NCBI GenBank assembly: GCA_965223325.1
Contig: CBDCWI010000001.1
Location: 1,536,001-1,600,000 of the forward strand
Length of the DNA: 64,000 nt
Direction: 5' to 3'
DNA from: Candidatus Multivoradales bacterium
Lineage (GTDB): Bacteria > Acidobacteriota > Thermoanaerobaculia > Multivoradales > Multivoraceae
Under the pieces are notes generated by a model. It was not told the DNA's origin and ran no database searches. It saw only the letters and a program-made list of their open reading frames with translations. The first letter of the stretch is position 1. Every line of letters begins with the position of its first letter. A program made the translations under genes and the position numbers. Positions 48,812-57,930 of the stretch are shown here, one piece after another.

Positions 48812-49768
48812 TCAACTGACCTGATTCGGCGCTGCCATGCCGCCCAACACCGCCTGGATGTTCTGCACCGCCATTTCGGCCATGCGCAAGCGAGTGGCTT
48901 CGCTGGCACTTCCCAGGTGCGGCAGCAGCACGGTGTCGTCGCGCTGGCGTAGCGCCGCCGGGACCTCGGGCTCGCGCTCGAAGACATCGAGCCCGGCCCC
49001 GGCAAGCCCGCCCTCCTCCAGCACGTCGATGAGTGCTCGCTCGTCGACGACTGGTCCGCGCGCCGTGTTGATCAAGTAGGCAGTCGGCTTCATGCGAGCT
49101 AACCGCTCGCGGTCGAGAAGGTGGTGGGTGTCTTCGTTGTAGGCGGCGTGGAGTGAAACGAAGTCGGCACGCTCGAGAAGCGCATCGAGCTCACAGAACG
49201 CAACATCCAACCGCCGTTCCTCTTCTGGCGGGAGGCGGGTGCGGTTCCAGTACAAGACCGGCATCGAGAAACCGCGTGCTCGCCGCGCCACCGCACGCCC
49301 GATGCGGCCGAACCCCACGATCCCCAGGGTGCTCCCATGGACGTCACGACCGAGCAACTGCAACGGCCCCCAACCCGGCCAGTCGCCGCTGCGCACCCAA
49401 CGGTCGCCCTCGACGACCCGCCGCGCCGTCGCGAGCACGAGGGCAAAGGCGAGATCAGCCGTGGTTTCGGTCAGAACGTCGGGAGTGTTGGTGACGACGA
49501 CCCCACGCTCCCGAGCTGCTGCAACGTCGATGTTGTCGTAGCCCACCGCCATGTTGGCAACCACGCGCAGCTCTGGTGCCTGGTCGAGGAGTTCCGCGTC
49601 GACCCGATCGGTAACCAGCGACAAGAGGGCGTGGGCCCCCGAGGTGCCGGCCAGCATCTCAGCACGGGTGGCCGGCCGATCGGCCGTTTGTAGATCGACC
49701 GTAAGAGATCCCTCCAGTCGCTCCACCGCCGCTGCCGGAATCGGGCGGCTTACAAAGACCCTCTTCAT
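48812..49768 (-). CDS. D-glycerate dehydrogenase / glyoxylate reductase
   Basis: AVGYDNID, TNTPDVLTETTAD, GFGRIG, NTARG, LDVFE.EP, PHLGSA. Confidence 0.93.
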   Translation of the reverse strand: MKRVFVSRPIPAAAVERLEGSLTVDLQTADRPATRAEMLAGTSGAHALLSLVTDRVDAELLDQAPELRVVANMAVGYDNIDVAAARERGVVVTNTPDVLTETTADLAFALVLATARRVVEGDRWVRSGDWPGWGPLQLLGRDVHGSTLGIVGFGRIGRAVARRARGFSMPVLYWNRTRLPPEEERRLDVAFCELDALLERADFVSLHAAYNEDTHHLLDRERLARMKPTAYLINTARGPVVDERALIDVLEEGGLAGAGLDVFEREPEVPAALRQRDDTVLLPHLGSASEATRLRMAEMAVQNIQAVLGGMAAPNQVS

Positions 49769-49781
49769 CTCCGGCGGGCGC

Positions 49782-51122
49782 TCACGAGAGCACACCCTCG
49801 CGCGCAGCGCGGTCGAGGATCTCTGAGATGTGGAGAACCTGCGGCCTCGACTTCTCTGGCGCGAGGCGTGCGAGCGCCGCGCGCAGTTGCATCAAACAGC
49901 CAACGTTGGCGGTTGCGATGACTTCGGCCCCGGTCGCGAGGAGAGCCTCTGCCTTGCGGTCACCAAGCTCGCGGGCAACTTCCGGCTGGTCGAGGTTGTA
50001 GATGCCGGCCGAGCCGCAGCACACTTCAGGACTCTGCGGCTCGACCAGCTCGAGGTTCTCGATCTCCTCGAGCAGCAACCTCGGCGCCGCGTTGACACCC
50101 TGGGCGTGCAGAAGATGGCAGGCGTCCTGGTAGGCAACACGGGTTGGGGTCACCAGCGACAGCGCCGGCCGAGGCACCACGCCAAGCAGGAATTCGGTGA
50201 CGTCCTGGGTGGCCGCCGCCACCCTCTCTGCAACCTGCACCTCGCCCGAAGACGCGTCGCCACGACCCGCAGCGAAAAGAGCTGGCCACTCCGCCATTCC
50301 GGAGCCACACCCCGCCGCATCGGTCACCACCGCGTCGACGTCGCCCGACGTCAGAAGCTCGTCGAAGGTGTACATCGAAGAACGCGCCGCCTCACGGGCC
50401 AAGTCTTCTTCGCCCGCATGCAACGCCAACGATCCACAACAGGCGGCTGCTTCACGCACCACGACCCGAACCCCGGCGCGCTCGAGCACCGCGACGGTCG
50501 CACGATGGACCTCCGGAGCGGCAGCGGTTTGTACGCAGCCGCGCAGGACGGCGACCGACTCGTGGGCATCGGGCGGCTCCGCGACAGCCCCAAAAGTCTC
50601 CCTTCTCCTCCGAGCGGAGCTCGGCCCTGGCAGGAGGTCGAGCGGCGCTCGAAGCAGGACAGGCAAGAAGGGGAGGACCGGCCGGAGGATAAAGCGCGCG
50701 ACTTTGCCCAACCGAAAGGCGAGCGACGCCAGCCGCGCCGACATCAGAACACGCAGCAACGTGCGACGCCGCAAGCGCCTCCACCAGCCGTCGCGTTCTC
50801 GCTCGGTCAATGCCCGGAAGGGAGTGATCAGCTCCCGATACGCGACACCTGAGGGGCACGACGTTTCGCAGGCCAGGCAGCCGAGGCAGGGATCGACACT
50901 CGGCAGGACCTCCTCGAGCTCGAGCCCGCCCTCGAGCAACTCCTTGATCAGCAGAATGCGACCGCGCGGCGACTGCGCCTCCTCCCCAAGCACGACGTAG
51001 GTCGGACAGGTCGCGAGGCAAAAACCGCAGTGCACACACGCGTGAACCGCTCGAGCCATGCCCGAGGCGGCATGGTCGCCAACCTTCTCGGCGAGCTGCT
51101 GGTGCGGAATCGCGTGTTGCAA
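49782..51122 (-). CDS. glcF: Glycolate oxidase Fe-S subunit-like protein
   Basis: CVHCGFCLATCP, CLGCLACETSCPSGV, CCG domains, CCGSAGIYN. Confidence 0.88.
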   Translation of the reverse strand: MQHAIPHQQLAEKVGDHAASGMARAVHACVHCGFCLATCPTYVVLGEEAQSPRGRILLIKELLEGGLELEEVLPSVDPCLGCLACETSCPSGVAYRELITPFRALTERERDGWWRRLRRRTLLRVLMSARLASLAFRLGKVARFILRPVLPFLPVLLRAPLDLLPGPSSARRRRETFGAVAEPPDAHESVAVLRGCVQTAAAPEVHRATVAVLERAGVRVVVREAAACCGSLALHAGEEDLAREAARSSMYTFDELLTSGDVDAVVTDAAGCGSGMAEWPALFAAGRGDASSGEVQVAERVAAATQDVTEFLLGVVPRPALSLVTPTRVAYQDACHLLHAQGVNAAPRLLLEEIENLELVEPQSPEVCCGSAGIYNLDQPEVARELGDRKAEALLATGAEVIATANVGCLMQLRAALARLAPEKSRPQVLHISEILDRAAREGVLS

Positions 51123-51150
51123 ACGCTATTGCCCCGGACGCGGCCCGCTC

Positions 51151-51453
51151 TCAGGCCAGGTATGAGTAAGCGTCGAGGGTCAGGAACTCGTTGAAGCCGC
51201 TAGAGAGTGGGAGGTCGTCGAGCAGGTCAACGGCCGTGCCGTAGTGCGCGTTCCCACGACCGCCGAGCCTTTGGCGCTCCCCGTCATGCTCGCCGGCTTC
51301 GATGCGCGCATGACGTTCGGCGCGGGCGGCGGTCAACTGCTGGCGGCAGGCGTCGAGTTTCTTGTGCAGGTGTTCAACGAGCGCCAGGGCCTCGCGAGTG
51401 AGAACCTGCGGCGCCGCCGCACTCGTCGTGTCGAGGATCTTGATATCAGGCAT
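51151..51453 (-). pseudogene. aceB: Malate synthase A remnant with a large internal deletion
   Basis: N-terminal VLTREALALVEHLH..RQQL.AAR..R fused to C-terminal F.EFLTL.AY..L; only about 100 codons. Confidence 0.8.
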
Positions 51454-51548
51454 CGGCGAGGGAAACGGGCGGCGAGCGAGCACGCTGCCGTTCTAACGAT
51501 CAGAGTGTTAGAGGAAGAGACGGGATCATAGCAACCCTCCGGGTTGTT

Positions 51549-52470
51549 CTAACCGGTCTCCTCTTCTGAACCAACGGCGGCTTCCTCAGCCCGTGTCGGG
51601 CCGATCTGCTGGAGGGTCTCGAGAGAGGGCGGGACCATCGTGCGGCCCACGGTGTTTTCGAACACCTCCGTGAACTCGGGAAGATGCGCCGACAACTCGG
51701 CAGGAGAACGCACCTGCCACTCGTCCTCGCGAGGACCGTAGGCCTCCTGCAGATCCCACGCTGTTGACATGAACCAGTAGGCGAACTCCTGCATGACCAC
51801 CCGATCGCGGACGTGTGGATCCGCAATATCGTCGTAGGAGTCGATCTCGTAGATGCCGAGGGCGATCGCGCGCTCCATTGCCCTCTGGAGCGCAGAGGTC
51901 TCGTTGATCCCCCACGCATCCGGGAAGGTGTAGTGCAGGCCGATGTCTGAGACGTAGTGAAGGATGTGTTCCACCACTTCCATGACCTGAGCCGGGACCT
52001 CGGCCATGATGATGTCGCACACCGAGTGTGAACTCTCGACCACCTGCCATCCCTGGCTGTCCCACGAACGACATGTCGTCGCCCAAGGGCACCGGAATCA
52101 GCGCGCGGTACCGCGCGTGGTTGCGGAGTATCTCTTCCTGCAGCTCGAGATCGAGCTCAGGATCCTGCGGGAAGATCTCCCGAATCGCCTGCGCCACCAG
52201 GTCCAGAAACTCCTCGGGCACGTCATCACGAGCCACCAGCGTGAGACCGTAGACCTCGCGTTTCCTGGTGAACGGTGGGTAGGCGTCGGTCGACACTGTG
52301 CCGGAGTCGAGTCGCACAACCGGCGAGGGTTCGCCCGGTGTCGTCTGAATACATCCGCCAAGTGGCGGACTTGGTTCTAAGACTGAAACCGAGGCCAGCT
52401 CTCCCAGGCAACCCGACGAGAGGACGGCCACGATCCCAAACACGGCAACCGGGATGAAGACATGCTGCAT
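51549..52470 (-). pseudogene. Lipoprotein with an EHILH motif, frameshifted near 52062
   Basis: Lipobox LSSGC; DDMSFV continues as DSQGWQVVESSHSVCDII if one G of GTGGGAC is removed. Confidence 0.7.
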
Positions 52471-52578
52471 GAGACACCTCTCGAGAAGACCAGGAGGCCA
52501 AGGCGACGGGAAAGCGGCGAAGGCGCGCGACCACATATTTGCCACCCTACGCCCCAGCCTCTGTGTCATTCTCTCCGA

Positions 52579-53505
52579 ATGACGACGACCGACAAGGCGG
52601 GCGCGACTCTCGATTCGATCGACGCCATCGTCTCCACCCTGGCCAGCGAAGGCTACGTCGCTGATCGTGCCCTGGCGACGTCGATTCATCTTGCCTTACG
52701 GCTCGAGAAGCCGCTGTTTCTCGAGGGTGAACCGGGAGTTGGCAAGACTGAGGTCGCCCGCGTCCTCGCGACCGTGCTGGGCGGCGGCCTGGTCCGGTTG
52801 CAGTGCTATGAAGGTCTCGACCTTCATAGCGCGGCCTACGAGTGGAACTACCCCAAGCAGATTTTGCACATTCGCACCCTCGAGGCAACCGGGCAACACA
52901 CCGCCGTCGAAGACCTGTTCCGGCCCGAGTTCCTCCTCGAGCGCCCCTTGCTACAGGCCATCGACCCGACGCTTTCAGCAGGCGACCCGCCACCGGTCCT
53001 TTTGATCGACGAGCTCGACCGTGCCGACGAAGAGTTCGAGGCGTTCCTGCTCGAGGTCCTCGCCGAGTACCAGATCACCGTCCCGGAGATCGGCACCATC
53101 GAGGCCGGGCGACCGCCAGTCGTCATCCTGACGTCGAACCGCACCCGCGAGATCCACGACGCCCTCAAGCGCCGCTGCCTCTACCAATGGATCGATTTCC
53201 CGTCGTTCGAAAAGGAACTAGCGATCGTGCGGGAGCGGGTTCCCGAAGCGAGCGACCACCTGGCCCGCGAAGTCGTTGGCCTGGTGCAGGCCCTTCGGCG
53301 CGAGGAACTGTGGAAGCGCCCCGGCGTCGCCGAAACCCTCGATTGGCTCCAGGCCCTTCTCGCTCTCGATCAGGAAGTCCTCTCCGACGAGATTCTCGAG
53401 AGCACTCTCGGTGTGCTGCTCAAGTACCGCGATGACGTCGAGGCGATCGACGACGAAACCGCACGGCGACTGCTTCTACGTGCGCGCGAACAAGCCAACG
53501 GGTGA
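52579..53505 (+). CDS. coxD: MoxR/CoxD AAA+ ATPase
   Basis: LEGEPGVGKT, RLQCYEGLD, LLIDELDRADEEFEA, HDALKRRC. Confidence 0.93.
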   Translation: MTTTDKAGATLDSIDAIVSTLASEGYVADRALATSIHLALRLEKPLFLEGEPGVGKTEVARVLATVLGGGLVRLQCYEGLDLHSAAYEWNYPKQILHIRTLEATGQHTAVEDLFRPEFLLERPLLQAIDPTLSAGDPPPVLLIDELDRADEEFEAFLLEVLAEYQITVPEIGTIEAGRPPVVILTSNRTREIHDALKRRCLYQWIDFPSFEKELAIVRERVPEASDHLAREVVGLVQALRREELWKRPGVAETLDWLQALLALDQEVLSDEILESTLGVLLKYRDDVEAIDDETARRLLLRAREQANG

Positions 53506-53786
53506 AACACTTCTAGAAGCACTTCACTCGCCGCCGGACCCTTGGCGCCTTTCCGGTTGGTAGCCGCATCGCGTAGGTCTAAACAAAGGTGCACCCACAA
53601 GGACCGGTGCACAGGCGGGGCGGCGATTCTCTTTCCGGTGTGCGGACAGAGGGCGTATTCACCCTCTAGAGAGATCCCACATTCATGCCCGGTTTCGTTC
53701 GCTCGTGCTTCCTCATGGATTCACGCTGCCGCAAAGCGAAACGACGCGCATGATCCAAGAACCAAACCCGCACAGGAGATTCGCTT

Positions 53787-54485
53787 ATGAAGAAGCTACT
53801 GATTCTCGCCGGTCTGACCATTGCCATGGCAACCAGCGCCTCTGCACAGGAAAAGCTGGTTGCCGAAGCCAACTTCGGCAAGTTCACCCTCGAGGTGGTC
53901 GAGAACGGCCTCCTCTTCTCGCCCGACCTGGAACCCGGCATCTGGCTGGATGAGAACTTCGAAGAAGTACCGGTCGACGAGTTCGGCAACCCCACCGACC
54001 CCGACGCCATCCTCTTCCCGACCTACGGCGGTGAGTTCATCACCGGCGGCATTCTCTACCCCTCGGGCACCATCACCTGCGGCCCCGACGGCCTGGGTGG
54101 CCTGGCCTGCAACGGACTCCTCGAAGACGGAACCCCCGAGTTCCCTGACAAAGTCATCGGCACCTGGACCTGCCGTGGCTGGCACGTCGGTGAAGGTGCC
54201 TTCACCGCCACCGGCGCCTGGACCGCAACCAACCAGATCTACAGCTTCACCGCCAAGGTCACCGAGGAGTACGGCGCCATGACCATCACCACCGATGGCT
54301 TCGAAAGCCCTGAACCCAAGCGGGTGCAACGCGCCATCACCGGCGGCACCGGCTCCTACGCCGGCCTGCGCGGCGAGCAGGGCCAAAGGTTCCTGGGCTG
54401 GAACCCGAGCTTCGGAATCGCCCTCGCGGTCGACTTCCGCATCAGTCGGTTCTTTCGAGGCGCGGCCCCGCTTGCGCCCAACTGA
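53787..54485 (+). CDS. Secreted hypothetical protein (dirigent/allene-oxide-cyclase-like C-terminus)
   Basis: AGGAG RBS, signal peptide, IGTWTCRG, RAITGGTGSYAGLRGE. Confidence 0.8.
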   Translation: MKKLLILAGLTIAMATSASAQEKLVAEANFGKFTLEVVENGLLFSPDLEPGIWLDENFEEVPVDEFGNPTDPDAILFPTYGGEFITGGILYPSGTITCGPDGLGGLACNGLLEDGTPEFPDKVIGTWTCRGWHVGEGAFTATGAWTATNQIYSFTAKVTEEYGAMTITTDGFESPEPKRVQRAITGGTGSYAGLRGEQGQRFLGWNPSFGIALAVDFRISRFFRGAAPLAPN

Positions 54486-54489
54486 GTGA

Positions 54490-54790
54490 AGCCGGGGAGG
54501 CTCTGCAAGCGAGGTAGCAACGTGGGATCTGGAAGGCCCGTCGACCACCCCACCCGTCAGAGCCTTCCCACCCCTGTAACCCCCCACCCCAACAAGGCGC
54601 GATGATCGGTGGGACCCGAGCCGGGGAACGGTGGGTAGAGAGAGGGCCGAGAGTGTTCTTTCCGGCCGCACCAGTCGAACCTCCGAAGGCAAGAGCCTAC
54701 GAGCGGCCGGAAAGCGCAGGCGGCGCCCACCATCGCAGGCAAGTGAAGCGACGCTTTGCCCGGAGGCCAGGCGCCCACCGTTTCCGGCGG
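54490..54790. repeat. Intergenic region with nested inverted repeats
   Basis: CTTTCCGGCCGC 54658-69 / GCGGCCGGAAAG 54703-14; CCGGGGAACGGTGGG 54621-35 / CCCACCGTTTCCGG 54774-87; GAGGCTCTG / CAGAGCCTT. Confidence 0.6.
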
Positions 54791-54888
54791 CGCCGCCCTC
54801 CACCGCCAACAGTCCCGCCAGACAACCAGCCGGCCGCCAGCGCGCCAGCTCACCCCACGTCGCACCATCGAGCCGCTATCGTCGAGCG

Positions 54889-56157
54889 ATGGACGCCTCG
54901 AACCATCTGCTCGAGAACATGGTGCTCTTCGCGCGCCTTCTACGGGCCGGGAGCCTCGAGGTCACGCCGCTGCAACTGCAGGACTGGCTTCGCGCCACGC
55001 GCTTCATCGATCTCACCCAGCGCGATGACTTCCACGCCGCAACCCGCTCGATCCTGGTAAGCCGTGAGGCCGATCTGGCCTGGTTCGAATCCGCTTTTCA
55101 TCTCTTCTGGCAGTTTCGTGACCCACGCGAGCTCGAGAAGCTCGAAATGGGACTGCTCGTCCAACAGGTCACCGAGCGCACTGAACGACTCGCCGCCCAG
55201 CGCCTGGCGCCCAGAACACCCGCAGCCGAAAACGAGTCGGGCGCGAGTGAGAACGGCGACGGCGGGAAGCCGCAAACCCTACCCATGTGGGGTGAACGCG
55301 ACGTTCTGAGGCGCAAGGACTTCGCCGACCTGTCGGCTGATGAACTGGCCGAAGCAAAGCGCTTGATCGCTCACCTGCGCATCGACCTGCCGCCACGAAA
55401 GAGCCGACGTCAACGCGCCCACCGGCGCGGCCGCGGTGCTGATCTCAGGCGCACCCTGCGGGCAGCAATTGCGCGTGACGGCGAAATGCTGCCCCTTCGA
55501 AACCGTCGCCAGATCATGCGGCCACGGCCTCTGGTGCTACTTGCCGACGTCTCAGGTTCCATGGAGCCGTATGCCAGGTTGCTGCTGCGATTCGTCGCCA
55601 CCCTGCATCGCAACGATCGGCCGCGCCGCGGCGCGCTCTCCGGCTACGGGAAGGTCGAAGCGTTCGCCTTCGGCACCCGGTTGACGCGCATCACTCGACA
55701 GCTCGAGCAACGCGATGTCGACGAGGCCCTCAAAGGTGCCCAGCGCGAAATCGAAGACTGGGGCGGGGGAACAAAGACCGGCTTTGCCCTGGAACGTTTC
55801 CACCGCGATTGGGCTCGCCGGGTGCTCGGGCGAGGCGCCGTTGTGCTGATCATCAGCGATGGCTGGGATCGTGGCGACCCGGTGCGGCTGGCTCGCGAAA
55901 TGGCGCGGCTGTCGCGCCGCTGCCACCGGTTGATCTGGCTGAATCCGCTCCTGGGCTCACCGCGCTACCGCCCGCTAACGCGCGGTATGCAAGCGGCACT
56001 TCCCTGGATCGATGACTTTCTCCCGGTCCACAACCTCAACAGCCTCGAGCAGCTGGCGGTGGCCCTCGCCCAACTCGGCCGCGGCGTGAAGGCGTCTCGG
56101 CGGCAGGCGCTCACCAACACCTTCGCGGCGAGCTCGGAAAGCCAGCTACGATCGTAG
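54889..56157 (+). CDS. coxE: CoxE VWA domain protein
   Basis: DVSGSME, FAFGTRLTRIT, WGGGT, ISDGWDRG, WLNPL. Confidence 0.93.
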   Translation: MDASNHLLENMVLFARLLRAGSLEVTPLQLQDWLRATRFIDLTQRDDFHAATRSILVSREADLAWFESAFHLFWQFRDPRELEKLEMGLLVQQVTERTERLAAQRLAPRTPAAENESGASENGDGGKPQTLPMWGERDVLRRKDFADLSADELAEAKRLIAHLRIDLPPRKSRRQRAHRRGRGADLRRTLRAAIARDGEMLPLRNRRQIMRPRPLVLLADVSGSMEPYARLLLRFVATLHRNDRPRRGALSGYGKVEAFAFGTRLTRITRQLEQRDVDEALKGAQREIEDWGGGTKTGFALERFHRDWARRVLGRGAVVLIISDGWDRGDPVRLAREMARLSRRCHRLIWLNPLLGSPRYRPLTRGMQAALPWIDDFLPVHNLNSLEQLAVALAQLGRGVKASRRQALTNTFAASSESQLRS

Positions 56158-56159
56158 GC

Positions 56160-57236
56160 ATGCGAACGGTCCTCCCTGAGATCAAACGCTGGCAGAACGA
56201 CGGCCAGCAAGTCGCTCTTGCGACGGTCGTGCGCACCAGCGGCTCGAGTCCGCGCCCACTCGGTTCACGGATGGTGATCTCCTCCGGCGGATCGATGGCG
56301 GGCTCGGTCTCGGGCGGCTGCGTCGAGGGCTCTGTGTTCACCGAAGCGCAAGAGGTCATCGCAAGCGGCACTCCGCGGGTCGCCGAGTACGGCATCACGG
56401 ATGACGAAGCCTGGGCGGTGGGACTGTCCTGCGGTGGCCAGCTCGACGTGCTCATCGAGCCAGTGCCGGCACTCGCCGCCGAGGACCAGGAAGATCCGCA
56501 GCCGCTAGCCGCAATGTTCAACGCCGCCGCCTCGGACCAGTCGGCGGTTTCGGCTACCGTCCTCCTGACCCCGGCCACCACCGCGGGCCTCCTCGTCGGC
56601 AACCGGCTGTTCGTCGGTCGGTGCGCCGAAATCGGTTCTCTCGGATCGCCGGCCTTCGACGACGCGGCACGCCCCCAGGCAGAGAGGGCTCTCGAAGACA
56701 ACTCCTCACGAACCATCACGATCGAGACCGACGGAGAAAGCGCCTCGATCTTTCTCGACGTCACGCGACCAGACCCCAGGCTGGTGATCGTCGGCGCCGT
56801 TCACACCGCCATCCACCTGGTGCACTTCGCCAACGAGCTCGGTTTTAAAACCATCGTCGTCGACCCACGAACCGCCTTCGCCAACGAAGAGCGGTTCCCA
56901 CACTGCGACGAGCTCATCGTCGAGTGGCCGGAGCGCGCGATCGGAGCGATGAATACGCACGAAGAAGCCTACTTCGCCTTTCTCAGTCACGATCCCAAGC
57001 TCGACGACCCCGGGCTCGTTCGGGCCCTCGCCAGCGAAGCTCGCTACGTAGGAGCTCTAGGCTCGAAGAAGACACACGCGAAGCGCATCGCGTCACTCGA
57101 GGAACTTGGAGTTCCGACCGAACAGATCGAACGCATCCACAACCCCATCGGGCTGAAGCTCGGCGGCCGTAGGCCCCAGGAGATCGCCGCTGGAATCGCC
57201 GCCCAACTGGTCCAGGCGCGCTACGGTCGGCTTTGA
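56160..57236 (+). CDS. XdhC/CoxF/CoxI family Moco chaperone
   Basis: GSSPRPLG, GSVSGGCVE, GLSCGG, SHDPKLD, YVGALGS, HNPIGL. Confidence 0.93.
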   Translation: MRTVLPEIKRWQNDGQQVALATVVRTSGSSPRPLGSRMVISSGGSMAGSVSGGCVEGSVFTEAQEVIASGTPRVAEYGITDDEAWAVGLSCGGQLDVLIEPVPALAAEDQEDPQPLAAMFNAAASDQSAVSATVLLTPATTAGLLVGNRLFVGRCAEIGSLGSPAFDDAARPQAERALEDNSSRTITIETDGESASIFLDVTRPDPRLVIVGAVHTAIHLVHFANELGFKTIVVDPRTAFANEERFPHCDELIVEWPERAIGAMNTHEEAYFAFLSHDPKLDDPGLVRALASEARYVGALGSKKTHAKRIASLEELGVPTEQIERIHNPIGLKLGGRRPQEIAAGIAAQLVQARYGRL

Positions 57237-57865
57237 GCGCCAACCGCTATCAGCACTCAGGCAGCCAGCCGCCTGCATGCGCCGGCGTGCTCCTGGCCGC
57301 CGGCCGTTCCCACCGTTTCGGTGCCACTCTTCCCAAACAGCTCCAGCTGTTCGGAGGCGAGACCTTGGTTCACCGAGCGGCCCGCGTTCTTCTCGCGTCA
57401 CGCCTCGAACCCATTCTCGTCGTCACCGGCTACTGCGCCAGTGAAGTCGAAGGCGAACTCGACCGACTGGCGGTCAGAACGGTCACCAACGAAACCTGGG
57501 AAAGCGGCCAGGCGTCATCCGTCAAGACGGCCATCGACACCCTGCCTTCCGGGCTCGCTGGAGCTCTCTTTCTGCCCACCGACCAGCCGTTCGTCGACAC
57601 GCCGCTGCTCGACCTGCTGCTCGATCGCTTCATCGAAGGCGGCCAGGAGCACATCGTCGTCCCCACCTACCGGGGTCGGCGCGGTGCGCCGGTTCTCTTC
57701 CCGGTCGATCTCTGGGGTGAGCTCGCCAGTCTGGATGGCGACCAGGGCGGGCGCCAACTGCTCGCTGCTCACACCCGGCGCGTTCGCGAGGTCGAACTCG
57801 ACAGCGAAGCGCCGCTTCTCGACATTGATACCCAGGGCGACCTCGAACGGTTGGAGAAGCGATAG
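57233..57865 (+). CDS. mocA: Molybdenum cofactor cytidylyltransferase
   Basis: LLAAGRSHRFG..KQL, DQP, GDQGGR, DIDT..D. Confidence 0.85.
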   Translation: MSANRYQHSGSQPPACAGVLLAAGRSHRFGATLPKQLQLFGGETLVHRAARVLLASRLEPILVVTGYCASEVEGELDRLAVRTVTNETWESGQASSVKTAIDTLPSGLAGALFLPTDQPFVDTPLLDLLLDRFIEGGQEHIVVPTYRGRRGAPVLFPVDLWGELASLDGDQGGRQLLAAHTRRVREVELDSEAPLLDIDTQGDLERLEKR

Positions 57866-57930
57866 CCTGGCCTCGCCCGCTAGCGTCTCAGCGACCGTAA
57901 CCAGCACTCGACATCCCTTCGGAAGAGCCC

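Noticed and set aside
54575-54605. Fourth copy of the TGTAAC motif
   Set aside because: TGTAAC is present but there is no CCGGAA at the conserved spacing.
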